64,000 nucleotides of DNA from Paracoccaceae bacterium (GTDB lineage: Bacteria; Pseudomonadota; Alphaproteobacteria; Rhodobacterales; Rhodobacteraceae). How positions within the stretch are numbered: the stretch's first letter is position 1; each line of letters opens with the position of its first letter. The stretch is from positions 18,732 to 82,731 of the forward strand of contig JAGRMG010000243.1 of assembly GCA_020441385.1 (NCBI GenBank), in the 5' to 3' direction. Shown here in pieces: positions 20,300 through 28,915 of the stretch. The notes under the pieces were generated by a model, which made no database searches, was not told the DNA's origin, and saw only the letters and a list, made by a program, of their open reading frames with translations. The translations under genes were made by a program, and so were the position numbers.

Positions 20300-21405
20300 T
20301 TCGGGCTGGTCTGGTTGCGGACCAGCCTGATCTCCGTGGCGCTCTCGCGTTCCCAGACCTCGGGGGGCAGCAGATATTCGATGGGCAGCTTTTCGGAACG
20401 GAAGGATTTCGCCGTGACCCGCGCCTCGTTGAATATGGCAAGCAGCGCCGGCGACGTCGCGGCGATGAAATGCGACGAGGCAGCACCCCTGCCGAAAGCG
20501 GTGGCGTCGATCACCTCGACGGGCAGTTCGGCGACCCGGCCGGCATGGCGGATATTGCCCAGCCTCTCGCGCCCGGCCGTGCCGCGCAGACGCGCCGACA
20601 GGTTCAGCACCCTGTCGTTCTCCGAAACCATCACGACAAAGGGTTCGGGCGGGGGCGCGAGGCTCTGCATCTGGCTGCGGAACACGTCGATGTCGATATC
20701 CGGCGACATCAGGACGACCGCGCCCAGCGCGCTGGCCGACCAGCCCGGTTCGCGGATATCGGCCTGGCGCAGCGCCTCCATGGCAAGGACGCTGCCCATG
20801 GAATGCGCGACCAGAAGCACGTTGTTGGCCCGCACGCCGCGCAGATCGCGCAGCAGCCTTTCCAGCCCGTCACGCGCGAACATCATGCTGTCGTTGTCGT
20901 AGGCATAGCCCAGAATCTCGCCCCGGCTGGGCCAGGAATAGATCACCACGGCACCGGGCAGGTCGATGTCGTTGGCCAGTTGCGCCGCCCGCATCGCCGT
21001 TTCCGCCTGGGTGGCGTTATAGCCGTGAACAAAGACCACCACCTCGCGCCGATCCGGCGGCATCGTCGCAAGCGTCTCGTCCAGCCGCCTGAGAAACCCG
21101 CCGGTCGACGCGAAGACCCTGCGTTCGGCGATGGTGAACTGGGTGGCCGGGTCGGGCTGCGAATAGGCGAATTCCAGCCTGCCCGGCTGGTGCGAGGGCG
21201 GAATCGAAACCGTGAGTTCCAGCAGGTCGATTTGCGCCGATCGCTCGGGGCCAAAGCTGCCGTCGGGCTCCCGCTTGCGGCTGGTCGCGGCGAAAACCGT
21301 GTAGGGTTTGCCGATGTTCAGCGCATCGGGCACCGCCGGTGTAAAGCTGCGGTCGATGCAGGCGCCAAGCGTGACCGTCACACATAGAATGAGACCAAAC
21401 CGCAA
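20296..21405 (-). CDS. DUF900-type alpha/beta hydrolase lipoprotein
   Basis: 369 aa with a lipobox (LGAC). VVVFVHGYNATQAE...YSWPSRG...LLVAHSMGS follows the DUF900 esterase-like pattern. Confidence 0.65.
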   Translation of the reverse strand: MRFGLILCVTVTLGACIDRSFTPAVPDALNIGKPYTVFAATSRKREPDGSFGPERSAQIDLLELTVSIPPSHQPGRLEFAYSQPDPATQFTIAERRVFASTGGFLRRLDETLATMPPDRREVVVFVHGYNATQAETAMRAAQLANDIDLPGAVVIYSWPSRGEILGYAYDNDSMMFARDGLERLLRDLRGVRANNVLLVAHSMGSVLAMEALRQADIREPGWSASALGAVVLMSPDIDIDVFRSQMQSLAPPPEPFVVMVSENDRVLNLSARLRGTAGRERLGNIRHAGRVAELPVEVIDATAFGRGAASSHFIAATSPALLAIFNEARVTAKSFRSEKLPIEYLLPPEVWERESATEIRLVRNQTSPK

Positions 21406-21459
21406 TGCACCGCTCCGACTGTCCGACCGGCGGCAGGCTAGCGCATGGCGGCGCGAAGT

Positions 21460-22767
21460 CTAGAGAACATAGCGGCTCATGTCGGCGGATCGGCTCAGCG
21501 CGCCCAGATTGGCATCGACGAATACGGCATCCACCGTCACGGCCTCGCCGGAGCGGTCGGGCGCGCTGAAGGACAGTTCCTCGAACACACGTTCCATCAC
21601 CGTATAGAGCCGCCGGGCGCCGATATTCTCGACCGACTGGTTCACATCGGCCGCGATCCTGGCCAGCGCGGCGATGCCGTCATCGGTAAAACCGACGGTC
21701 ACGTCCTCGGTGCCCATCAGCGCCGCATACTGCCGGGTCAGCGCGTTGTCGGTCTCGGTCAGGATGCGCACGAAATCCTCTTCCGTCAGCGCCCGCAGCT
21801 CGACCCGTATCGGCAGCCGGCCCTGAAGCTCGGGCAGCAGGTCGGACGGCTTGGCGATGTGAAAGGCACCCGAGGCGATGAACAGGATGTGGTCGGTCTT
21901 CACGGGTCCGTATCTGGTCGAGACCGTGGTGCCCTCGATCAGCGGCAGCAGGTCACGCTGCACGCCCTCGCGGCTGACATCCCCGCCCCGGGTCTCGGCC
22001 CTGGCGCAGACCTTGTCGATCTCGTCCAGGAACACGATGCCGTTCTGTTCGACGGCTTCCAGCGCCGCCCGCGTCACCGTCTCGTCATCCAGCAGCTTGT
22101 CGGCCTCCTCACCCAGCAGGATTTCGTGACTTTCGGCCACCGTCATCCGGCGCCGGGTGGTCCGGCCGCCGAACGCCTTGCCAAAGATGTCGCCCAGGTT
22201 CAGCATGCCCATCTGTCCGCCGGGCAGGCCGGGAATGTCCATCGTCGGCATCGGACTGGAGGTATCGGCCACGTCCAGCTCGATCACGGTGTCGTCCAGT
22301 TCGCCGGCCTTCAGCTTCTTGCGGAACATCTCGCGCGTGCCTTCGCGAGCGTCCTCACCGGCGATGGCGGAAATCACCCGGTCTTCGGCCAGAAGCTGCG
22401 CCCTGGCCCGCACCTCCTCGCGCATCCGCTCGCGGGTCTGGGCGATGGCGCTGTCGGCCAGATCGCGGATGATCTGCTCCACGTCGCGCCCGACATAGCC
22501 GACTTCGGTGAACTTGGTCGCCTCGACCTTGATGAAGGGCGCGCGGGCCAGTTTCGCCAGCCTCCGGCTGATCTCGGTCTTGCCGACCCCGGTCGGGCCG
22601 ATCATCAGGATGTTCTTGGGATAGACCTCGTCGCGCAGGTCGTCGGCCAGCTGCTTGCGCCGCCAGCGGTTGCGCAGCGCGACGGCGACGGCGCGCTTGG
22701 CGTCCTTCTGGCCGATGATGAACCGGTCCAGTTCAGAGACGATTTCGCGGGGGGTGAGGTCGGTCAT
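21460..22767 (-). CDS. hslU: ATP-dependent protease ATPase subunit HslU
   Basis: 435 aa with [16 protein letters not shown], Walker [11 protein letters not shown] and a conserved C-terminus. Confidence 0.95.
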   Translation of the reverse strand: MTDLTPREIVSELDRFIIGQKDAKRAVAVALRNRWRRKQLADDLRDEVYPKNILMIGPTGVGKTEISRRLAKLARAPFIKVEATKFTEVGYVGRDVEQIIRDLADSAIAQTRERMREEVRARAQLLAEDRVISAIAGEDAREGTREMFRKKLKAGELDDTVIELDVADTSSPMPTMDIPGLPGGQMGMLNLGDIFGKAFGGRTTRRRMTVAESHEILLGEEADKLLDDETVTRAALEAVEQNGIVFLDEIDKVCARAETRGGDVSREGVQRDLLPLIEGTTVSTRYGPVKTDHILFIASGAFHIAKPSDLLPELQGRLPIRVELRALTEEDFVRILTETDNALTRQYAALMGTEDVTVGFTDDGIAALARIAADVNQSVENIGARRLYTVMERVFEELSFSAPDRSGEAVTVDAVFVDANLGALSRSADMSRYVL

Positions 22768-22883
22768 GGGCGGCCCTTCGATCGGTTTCGCCTGACCTAT
22801 GCCGCGCCCGGCGCCAGTTCAAGGAAAACCCGTTGGCGCGGGGCCTGGGCGATGCTATCGACAATCCGCACGAGGACGCGCCG

Positions 22884-23489
22884 ATGACCGACCGCGACGA
22901 TACCGGACAGCCCGACATCCTGCGCCGCAACCTGTTCGGCGGCATCGCGCTTGCGATGCTGATGCCCCAGCCCCTCGGCGCCGCGCAGGTGGCGGGCAGG
23001 CTCGCTGGGCTCGATGCGATGGCGCTGCACAGCCTGCTGCGCGGGCTGGCGCTGCTCGAGCTCCTGGGCGATCCCGTGATCGACGAGGACGCCGCCGCAT
23101 TGCTGGAACAGATCGAACGGCGCCTGCCCGGGGCGGCGCTGTTGCTGGCGCTTTACCGGGCCTATTGCGGCGATGGCTGCCACGCCTACTGGCGCAACGA
23201 GGAGGCCGGCGAGCTCAAGACGCTGCACCGCGCCATGGCCGAGGCCCGTGCGGTCACGTTCGATTATGTCGATCTGAAGGGCGACGCGACCAGGCGCAGG
23301 GTGCTGCCGCTCGCTCTGGTGCATCCGCCGCACGGCATCCAGCTTCTGTCCTGGTGCGAATTGCGCGGCGATTTTCGCAAGTTCTTCGTCGGCGCGATGA
23401 CCGGCGTGACGTTGCACGAACCCGGCTTCGAGAACCGCCGCCAGACGCTGCTCCGCGGCTTGCTGGAAAGCGAGGGCATCACGGCCTGA
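22884..23489 (+). CDS. Hypothetical protein with a C-terminal WYL-like domain and a Tat-signal-like N-terminus
   Basis: Strong GC3 bias on the plus strand. VTFDYVDLKGDATRRRVLPLALVHPPHGIQLLSWCELRGDFRKFFVGAMTGVTL fits the WYL-domain pattern. The N-terminus DILRRNLFGGIALAMLMPQPLGAAQ resembles a twin-arginine signal. I start at ATG 22884 (GAGGA upstream); the alternative is TTG 22833. Confidence 0.55.
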   Translation: MTDRDDTGQPDILRRNLFGGIALAMLMPQPLGAAQVAGRLAGLDAMALHSLLRGLALLELLGDPVIDEDAAALLEQIERRLPGAALLLALYRAYCGDGCHAYWRNEEAGELKTLHRAMAEARAVTFDYVDLKGDATRRRVLPLALVHPPHGIQLLSWCELRGDFRKFFVGAMTGVTLHEPGFENRRQTLLRGLLESEGITA

Positions 23490-23492
23490 CGG

Positions 23493-24047
23493 CTATCTGC
23501 CGATCTTTTCCACCGTCAGGTTGCCATTGGTATAGACACAGATATCGGCCGCGATCGCCATCGCCGCCCGCGCCACCTGTTCGGCGTCGCGATCGCCGTC
23601 CATCATGGCGCGCGCCGCGGCCAGGGCGTAATTGCCGCCCGAGCCGATGGCCGCCACGTCATGTTCCGGCTCAAGCACGTCGCCCGCCCCGGTGATGACA
23701 TACATGTCGCGCCCGTCCGACACGATCAGCATGGCCTCCAGCTTTTGCAGGTACTTGTCGGTGCGCCAGTCCTTGGCCAGTTCGACGCAGGCGCGCTGCA
23801 ACTGCCCCGGCGTCGCCTCGAGCTTGCCTTCCAGCCGCTCCAGCAGCGTGAAGGCATCCGCCGTCGACCCGGCAAAGCCCGCCACCACCTCGAATCCGCC
23901 GGGGCTCAGCCGGCGTACCTTGCGCGCGCTGCCCTTGATCACGGTCTGGCCCAGCGATACCTGGCCGTCGCCGGCGATCACCACCTGCCCGCCCTTCCGG
24001 ACGCCGATGATCGTGGTGCCGTGCCAGCCGGGAAAATCGTTGCTCAT
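23493..24047 (-). CDS. hslV: ATP-dependent protease subunit HslV
   Basis: 184 aa. [26 protein letters not shown] gives the catalytic Thr after processing. The rest matches HslV. Confidence 0.95.
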   Translation of the reverse strand: MSNDFPGWHGTTIIGVRKGGQVVIAGDGQVSLGQTVIKGSARKVRRLSPGGFEVVAGFAGSTADAFTLLERLEGKLEATPGQLQRACVELAKDWRTDKYLQKLEAMLIVSDGRDMYVITGAGDVLEPEHDVAAIGSGGNYALAAARAMMDGDRDAEQVARAAMAIAADICVYTNGNLTVEKIGR

Positions 24048-24073
24048 GGGGCTCTCCGTTCGGGTTGCCGCCT

Positions 24074-24102
24074 ATATGGAACGGGCGAAGCCGGGACACA
24101 AG
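24074..24102 (-). promoter_or_regulatory. Putative RpoH (sigma32)-type promoter upstream of hslV
   Basis: The minus strand reads CTTGTGT-N14-TTCCATAT (compare CTTGAAA-N13-15-CCCCATNT), about 25 nt upstream of the hslV ATG, with a GGAGAG Shine-Dalgarno. Confidence 0.3.
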
Positions 24103-24187
24103 CCCGCCACCCGCCCTGCTTCTTTCTGGTTTTCAAATACTCGAGCCCGAACTTGCCGCCCGGTGCCGGCGGCCCTAGCCTGCGCCC

Positions 24188-25111
24188 ATGACCGAGCCGC
24201 GCATCCTGCGATTGTATCTGGAAGACGGGCTGCGCCAGAGCGCCGAGGCCGGTGCGCACAACTTCATCGCCAGGGTCGTCTCGGTGCTGCGCCAGGCCCG
24301 ATATCGTGTCGAATTCCGGCCCAATTCGCCCGCCGAGCGCCGCAAGTCCGCGACGCGGCGGGGCTATGCGCTGTTTCACATGGACGGGCCGGTGCAGGCG
24401 CGCACCCTGACCTTCCGGCGGGCCTATCACTATCCGTTCTGGTTCATCGAACGCAGCGGCGTGCGCTGGGACTGGCCGGTGGCGCGGGCGCGATTCCCCG
24501 CCGATGCGGTGCCCCGCGCCCGCGCCGACCGGTTCTTCGCCTTCTGGCGGACGCGCCTGTTCGGGAGTGCGCCCGCCCGGGCCGGGCGCGAGGGGTTCGT
24601 CTATGTCCCCTTGCAGGGGCGGCTGCTGATCCGGCGGCCGTTCCAGACCTGCGCGCCCATCGACATGCTGCGCGCCGTGCTCGGCCACGATGCGCGCCCG
24701 GTGGTGGCGGCGCTCCACCCAAACGAGGTCTATTCAAGCGACGAGCTGCGCGCGCTGGACGAGCTCTGCTCGGCTCATCCCCGCCTGAGCCTCGCGACCG
24801 GCGGAATGGAGCGCCTGCTGTCGGGCTGCGACTATGTGGCGACGATGAATTCCGGGGCCGGTTTCGCGGGCTATTTCTTTGCCAGGCCCTTGGTTCTGTT
24901 TGCGGATATCGACTTTCACCACATCGCGGCGAATGTTTCGGCGCTGGGCGTGGAAGAGGCGCTGCGCGCCGCCCCCGACCTGGCCCCGGATTATGCCGGA
25001 TACCTGCACTGGTTCTGGCAGGACATGGCGATAAATGCCGGTCGCCCCGGGGCAGAGGCGAAAATTCGTGCCGCGCTGGCGCGGGGCGGATGGCCGCTCG
25101 ATGACGGCTGA
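24188..25111 (+). CDS. Capsule-polysaccharide-biosynthesis-like protein (KpsS/KpsC PF05159-like), tentative
   Basis: 307 aa. GFVYVPLQGRLL... and YVATMNSGAGFAGYFFARPLVLF resemble the two conserved blocks of the Capsule_synth family. Assigned by pattern only. Confidence 0.5.
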   Translation: MTEPRILRLYLEDGLRQSAEAGAHNFIARVVSVLRQARYRVEFRPNSPAERRKSATRRGYALFHMDGPVQARTLTFRRAYHYPFWFIERSGVRWDWPVARARFPADAVPRARADRFFAFWRTRLFGSAPARAGREGFVYVPLQGRLLIRRPFQTCAPIDMLRAVLGHDARPVVAALHPNEVYSSDELRALDELCSAHPRLSLATGGMERLLSGCDYVATMNSGAGFAGYFFARPLVLFADIDFHHIAANVSALGVEEALRAAPDLAPDYAGYLHWFWQDMAINAGRPGAEAKIRAALARGGWPLDDG

Positions 25112-25125
25112 GGGCCGCAACGCAA

Positions 25126-25151
25126 GAGGGGCGACCCCATGGCCGCCCCTC
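25126..25151. terminator. GC-rich hairpin between convergent genes (possible terminator, weak U-tract)
   Basis: GAGGGGCG (25126-25133) pairs with CGCCCCTC (25144-25151) around a 10-nt loop. It sits between the 24188-25111 (+) gene and trxA (-). Confidence 0.3.
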
Positions 25152-25175
25152 CGAATCGGATCTGTCGAATTCGGC

Positions 25176-25496
25176 TCAGATCGACGAATCGATCCAGCTT
25201 TGCAGCGCCGCCTTGGGGGCCGCCCCCATGCGGTTGGAAACGATCTCGCCATCCTTGAAGATGAACAATGCCGGAATGCCGCGCACGCCGATCTCGCCCG
25301 CCTTGATGGGGTTGTTGTCCACATCCACCTTGGCGACCTTGATCTTGCCGGCATATTCCGCCGCGATCTCTTCAAGCGCGGGGCCGATCTGCTTGCACGG
25401 GCCGCACCACTCGGCCCAGAAATCCACCACGACGGGAATTTCGGAGTTCCTGACTTCGGCGTCGAAGGTATCGTCCGTGACGGCAACGGTGGACAT
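25176..25496 (-). CDS. trxA: Thioredoxin
   Basis: 106 aa with the active site WAEWCGPCK. Confidence 0.95.
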   Translation of the reverse strand: MSTVAVTDDTFDAEVRNSEIPVVVDFWAEWCGPCKQIGPALEEIAAEYAGKIKVAKVDVDNNPIKAGEIGVRGIPALFIFKDGEIVSNRMGAAPKAALQSWIDSSI

Positions 25497-25534
25497 ATTC
25501 TGTCTCCTGAATATAGGGCGTGTGCCGGACGAAC

Positions 25535-28500
25535 CTAGGAACGCCCGCCGGCAAGGTCAAGACATGCTGTGCGGCTCAGCGCATCTGTTACAAGATCGTG
25601 TGGCAGCATCATCAGCCGGGCGGTCCTTGTCCACAGAATCGCGGTTTCGATCCGGCGGTCGGGATAGATCTGCGCCAGTGCCGCGCCGTAGGCGCCCATC
25701 TGGCGCAGCAGCCCCTCGGGCACGGCGGCGGGCGTGTCGGGAACGGTGGCGTTGGTCTTGAAATCGACCGTTAGGACGGCATCGCCGGTCAGGATCAGCC
25801 GGTCGATGGTGCCGTGAACCCTCTGGCCGCCGATCGTTGCCGTCACCGGCACCTCGGCCAGCGCGTCCGGGGCGAATACCGGCGCCAGGGCCGGTTCGTC
25901 CAGCACCGCCGCCGCCTCGGCCAGCAGGGCGGCGCGTTCTTCGGGCGGCATGTCGTGCAGAATGTTGGCGCAGGCGGCCCGCCGTTCCGCCGGTGCCGTC
26001 CCCGGCAGATGTTCAAGCAGAAGATGGATGCGGCTGCCGCGCAGCTTTGCAGCCTCTTCGTCCTGGCCGGCATCGCCCGCCATCGCCTTGGCGCCACCCA
26101 GATTCGACGGGCTGAGCGTGGCCGGCTGCGCAGTGCGGCCAGGTGCGGGACGCGAAAACAGGCCCGGCAGCGGCACCGCATGCGCCGCCAGTTCCGGCGC
26201 AGTGACCGGCGGCGGCGCCGTCCAGTCGCCATGAGACAGGCGCAGACACCCGTCCTCCTCCACCGCGCCGGCCTGACGCATCGCGGCCTCGACCGTCTGG
26301 TACCAGCTGTTGCCGTCCTTGTCCCTGTCGCCGGCCATGGCGACGATCAGCCATTTCTCGGCCCGGGTCAAAGCCACGTAAAGCAGCCGCAGACGTTCGT
26401 TCGCGGTGCGTTCCCTTGCCGCCTCGCGCGCCGCCGCGATCAGCCCCGGCGAGGCCGCGGCCGCGGTCTTCCAGACCGGCGCGTCCCCGGCCATCATGAT
26501 TTCGTCATCGGGCGGCATCTTGCGCGGACCCGTGTCGGGCAGGATGACGATGGGCGCCTCCAGCCCCTTTGCGCCATGCACCGTCATCACCCGCACCATG
26601 TTGCCGGCGCCGCCGGTCTGGCGCTTGATCTCCAGATCGTCGGTTTCCATCCAGACCAGGAATCCGGTCAGACCCGGAATGTCGGATCGCTCATAGGCCA
26701 GCGCCTGGGACAGAAGCGCGTTGATGCCGTCCTCGGCCTCGGGGCCCAACCGCCCCAGCAGCAACCGCCGCCCGTCATGGCGCGTCAGGGTACGTTCGAT
26801 CAGGTCGTAGGGGCGCAGGAAATCGGCCGCGTCGCGCAGGTCGTGCAGGATCGCCAGCGTTTCGGGGAATTCCGCCGCGCGATCGCGCAGGGCCTGCCAC
26901 AGGCGGGTCCGCTCGCCGCGCCGGTGGGCCAGATCGAACAGCGCCTGTTCGCTCCAGCCCAGCAGCGGCGACTTCAGGGCGGTGGCCAGCGAAAGGTCGT
27001 CGTCGGGTGTGGCCAGGAACCGCAGCAGCGCCGCCAGATCCCTGACCGCCAGTTCCGCCCCGACCTTAAGCCGGTCCGCCCCGGCGATCGGCAGGCCGGC
27101 GGATTTGCAGGCGCGGATGATCTCGGCGAACAGCGCCGAGCGGCGCGGCACCAGGATCAGGAAATCGCCGGCGCGCACCGGGCGGCGCCGGATCTGCCCC
27201 GGCTCGGGGCCGTCCTCGGGAATGGTCTCGCCGCGTTCGATCATGGCGTTGATGCTTGCGGCGATGCGTTCGGCCAGCACGACGTCGTGATGGCGCTGGC
27301 TGCGCCGGTCCAGCGGATCGCTCCAGGCGCGGTCCTCGTCCGCGGCGGTCTTTTCCACCGCCGGCCACAGATCGACCCGGCCGGGAAGGTCGGACTTGAA
27401 GGCGATATGTTGCGATTTCTCGCCGAATCCGGCGCCGCCGCAATCGCGGAACACCAGATCCACCAGCCGCAGGATGGCATCGGACGAGCGGAACGAATAA
27501 TCCAGCGCCAGGCTTTCGAACGGTGCCCCGACCGCGTTCAGCCGCCGGGAAAACTCGGCCTGCATCCGGTCGAACGCGGCCGGGTCGGCGCCCTGGAAGG
27601 AATAGATCGACTGTTTCTTGTCGCCGACCACGAATATCGTGCGATCCACGCCCGCGCGGGCGCTGGCGCCGCTGGTGAAGTCGCGCGCCAGCCGGTCGAT
27701 GACGTCCCATTGCGCCGGGCTGGTATCCTGTGCCTCGTCGACCAGAATGTGATCTATGCCGCCATCCAGCCGGTACAGCACCCAGGCCGCGACGGCCGGA
27801 TCGGTCAGCAGCTGGCGCGCCTTCAGGATCAGGTCGTCGAAATCGAGCCAGCCGTGGCGCTGCTTGCGGCGTTCGTATTCGGGCAGAAACGCGGCCGCAA
27901 AGGCGTAAAGCGCGCGGCTTTTCTGCGCGGCGGCCAACGCCAGTTCGGCCTCGCGCGCCGCCGCGACGCGCTGCATCAGGTCGCAAAACGGCTCTAGCAG
28001 CGTGCCAAGGGCCGCTTGCGCCTTCTTGGTCGGAACGCTTCCTGTCTTTGCCTCGGGCAGGTATTGCCCGTCTCTGGAAAACAGGAACAGCGGATACAGA
28101 AGGTCGAGTTCGCGCTGCCCGGGGGCCGACCAGTCGATCCCGGCCAGTGTTTCGGCCATCTTCACCATCGTCGCGGACTGCGCCGCGAGAATCGGCGCAC
28201 AGGCCGCCATCAGCGCCGGTTCGGAGCCGTCAAAGGCAATGGCCGAAGGCAGCCCCGGGCCGGCATCCGCCGGCAGGCCGAACCGCGCCAGCAGGTCCGG
28301 CCAGTCCGGCGGCGCGGCGAGGGCCTCGCGCCGGGCGGTCAGCGCCGCGGTCAGCTTGTCCAGCGTGCTGTCGGTGATATGCGCGGCGATGCCGTCCACC
28401 AGGGGCGCCTGCGGGCCATCGGCGAAATCCTCGACGATCTGCGCCCGCAGCAGGGCGGCGGCGCGGTCTTCCATCTCGCTGAATTGCGGGCTGACCCCGG

Positions 28501-28915
28501 CCTCCAGCGGAAACCGGCGCAGCAACGACGCGCAGAACGAATGAATGGTCTGGATCTTCAGGCCGCCCGGCGTTTCGATGGCCCGCGCGAACAGGGTGCG
28601 GGCATAGGCCAGACGCGCCGGCGCGATGCCGGCGCTCACGCCCAGATCGGCAAGCCTTGATGCCAGCGTCGCGTCGTCCAGCATCGCCCATTCGCCGAGC
28701 CGCCGGAACAGGCGGTTCTGCATCTCGCCGGCCGCGGCCTTGGTATAGGTCAGGCACAGGATGTTCTGCGGCTGCACATCGTCCAGCAGCAACCGCGCCA
28801 CGCGGTCGGTCAGAACCCGCGTCTTGCCCGATCCGGCATTCGCCGCCACCCAGGTCGAGACATCGGGCCGGGCCGCCTGAATCTGGCGTTCGCTGGCATC
28901 GTGGCGGCGCGTCAT
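25535..28915 (-). CDS. addA: Double-strand break repair helicase-nuclease AddA
   Basis: UvrD-like helicase with Walker [12 protein letters not shown] and a C-terminal PD-(D/E)xK-type nuclease region. I start at ATG 28915, which overlaps the addB stop (ATGA); the track start is 28954. Confidence 0.9.
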   Translation of the reverse strand: MTRRHDASERQIQAARPDVSTWVAANAGSGKTRVLTDRVARLLLDDVQPQNILCLTYTKAAAGEMQNRLFRRLGEWAMLDDATLASRLADLGVSAGIAPARLAYARTLFARAIETPGGLKIQTIHSFCASLLRRFPLEAGVSPQFSEMEDRAAALLRAQIVEDFADGPQAPLVDGIAAHITDSTLDKLTAALTARREALAAPPDWPDLLARFGLPADAGPGLPSAIAFDGSEPALMAACAPILAAQSATMVKMAETLAGIDWSAPGQRELDLLYPLFLFSRDGQYLPEAKTGSVPTKKAQAALGTLLEPFCDLMQRVAAAREAELALAAAQKSRALYAFAAAFLPEYERRKQRHGWLDFDDLILKARQLLTDPAVAAWVLYRLDGGIDHILVDEAQDTSPAQWDVIDRLARDFTSGASARAGVDRTIFVVGDKKQSIYSFQGADPAAFDRMQAEFSRRLNAVGAPFESLALDYSFRSSDAILRLVDLVFRDCGGAGFGEKSQHIAFKSDLPGRVDLWPAVEKTAADEDRAWSDPLDRRSQRHHDVVLAERIAASINAMIERGETIPEDGPEPGQIRRRPVRAGDFLILVPRRSALFAEIIRACKSAGLPIAGADRLKVGAELAVRDLAALLRFLATPDDDLSLATALKSPLLGWSEQALFDLAHRRGERTRLWQALRDRAAEFPETLAILHDLRDAADFLRPYDLIERTLTRHDGRRLLLGRLGPEAEDGINALLSQALAYERSDIPGLTGFLVWMETDDLEIKRQTGGAGNMVRVMTVHGAKGLEAPIVILPDTGPRKMPPDDEIMMAGDAPVWKTAAAASPGLIAAAREAARERTANERLRLLYVALTRAEKWLIVAMAGDRDKDGNSWYQTVEAAMRQAGAVEEDGCLRLSHGDWTAPPPVTAPELAAHAVPLPGLFSRPAPGRTAQPATLSPSNLGGAKAMAGDAGQDEEAAKLRGSRIHLLLEHLPGTAPAERRAACANILHDMPPEERAALLAEAAAVLDEPALAPVFAPDALAEVPVTATIGGQRVHGTIDRLILTGDAVLTVDFKTNATVPDTPAAVPEGLLRQMGAYGAALAQIYPDRRIETAILWTRTARLMMLPHDLVTDALSRTACLDLAGGRS

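Noticed and set aside
22797-23417. 206-aa minus-strand ORF between hslV and hslU, which would keep a same-strand operon structure
   Set aside because: Its translation is featureless (Q/R/A/G-rich). It is codon-aligned antisense to the plus-strand ORF, which shows the GC3 bias and a WYL-like domain pattern.
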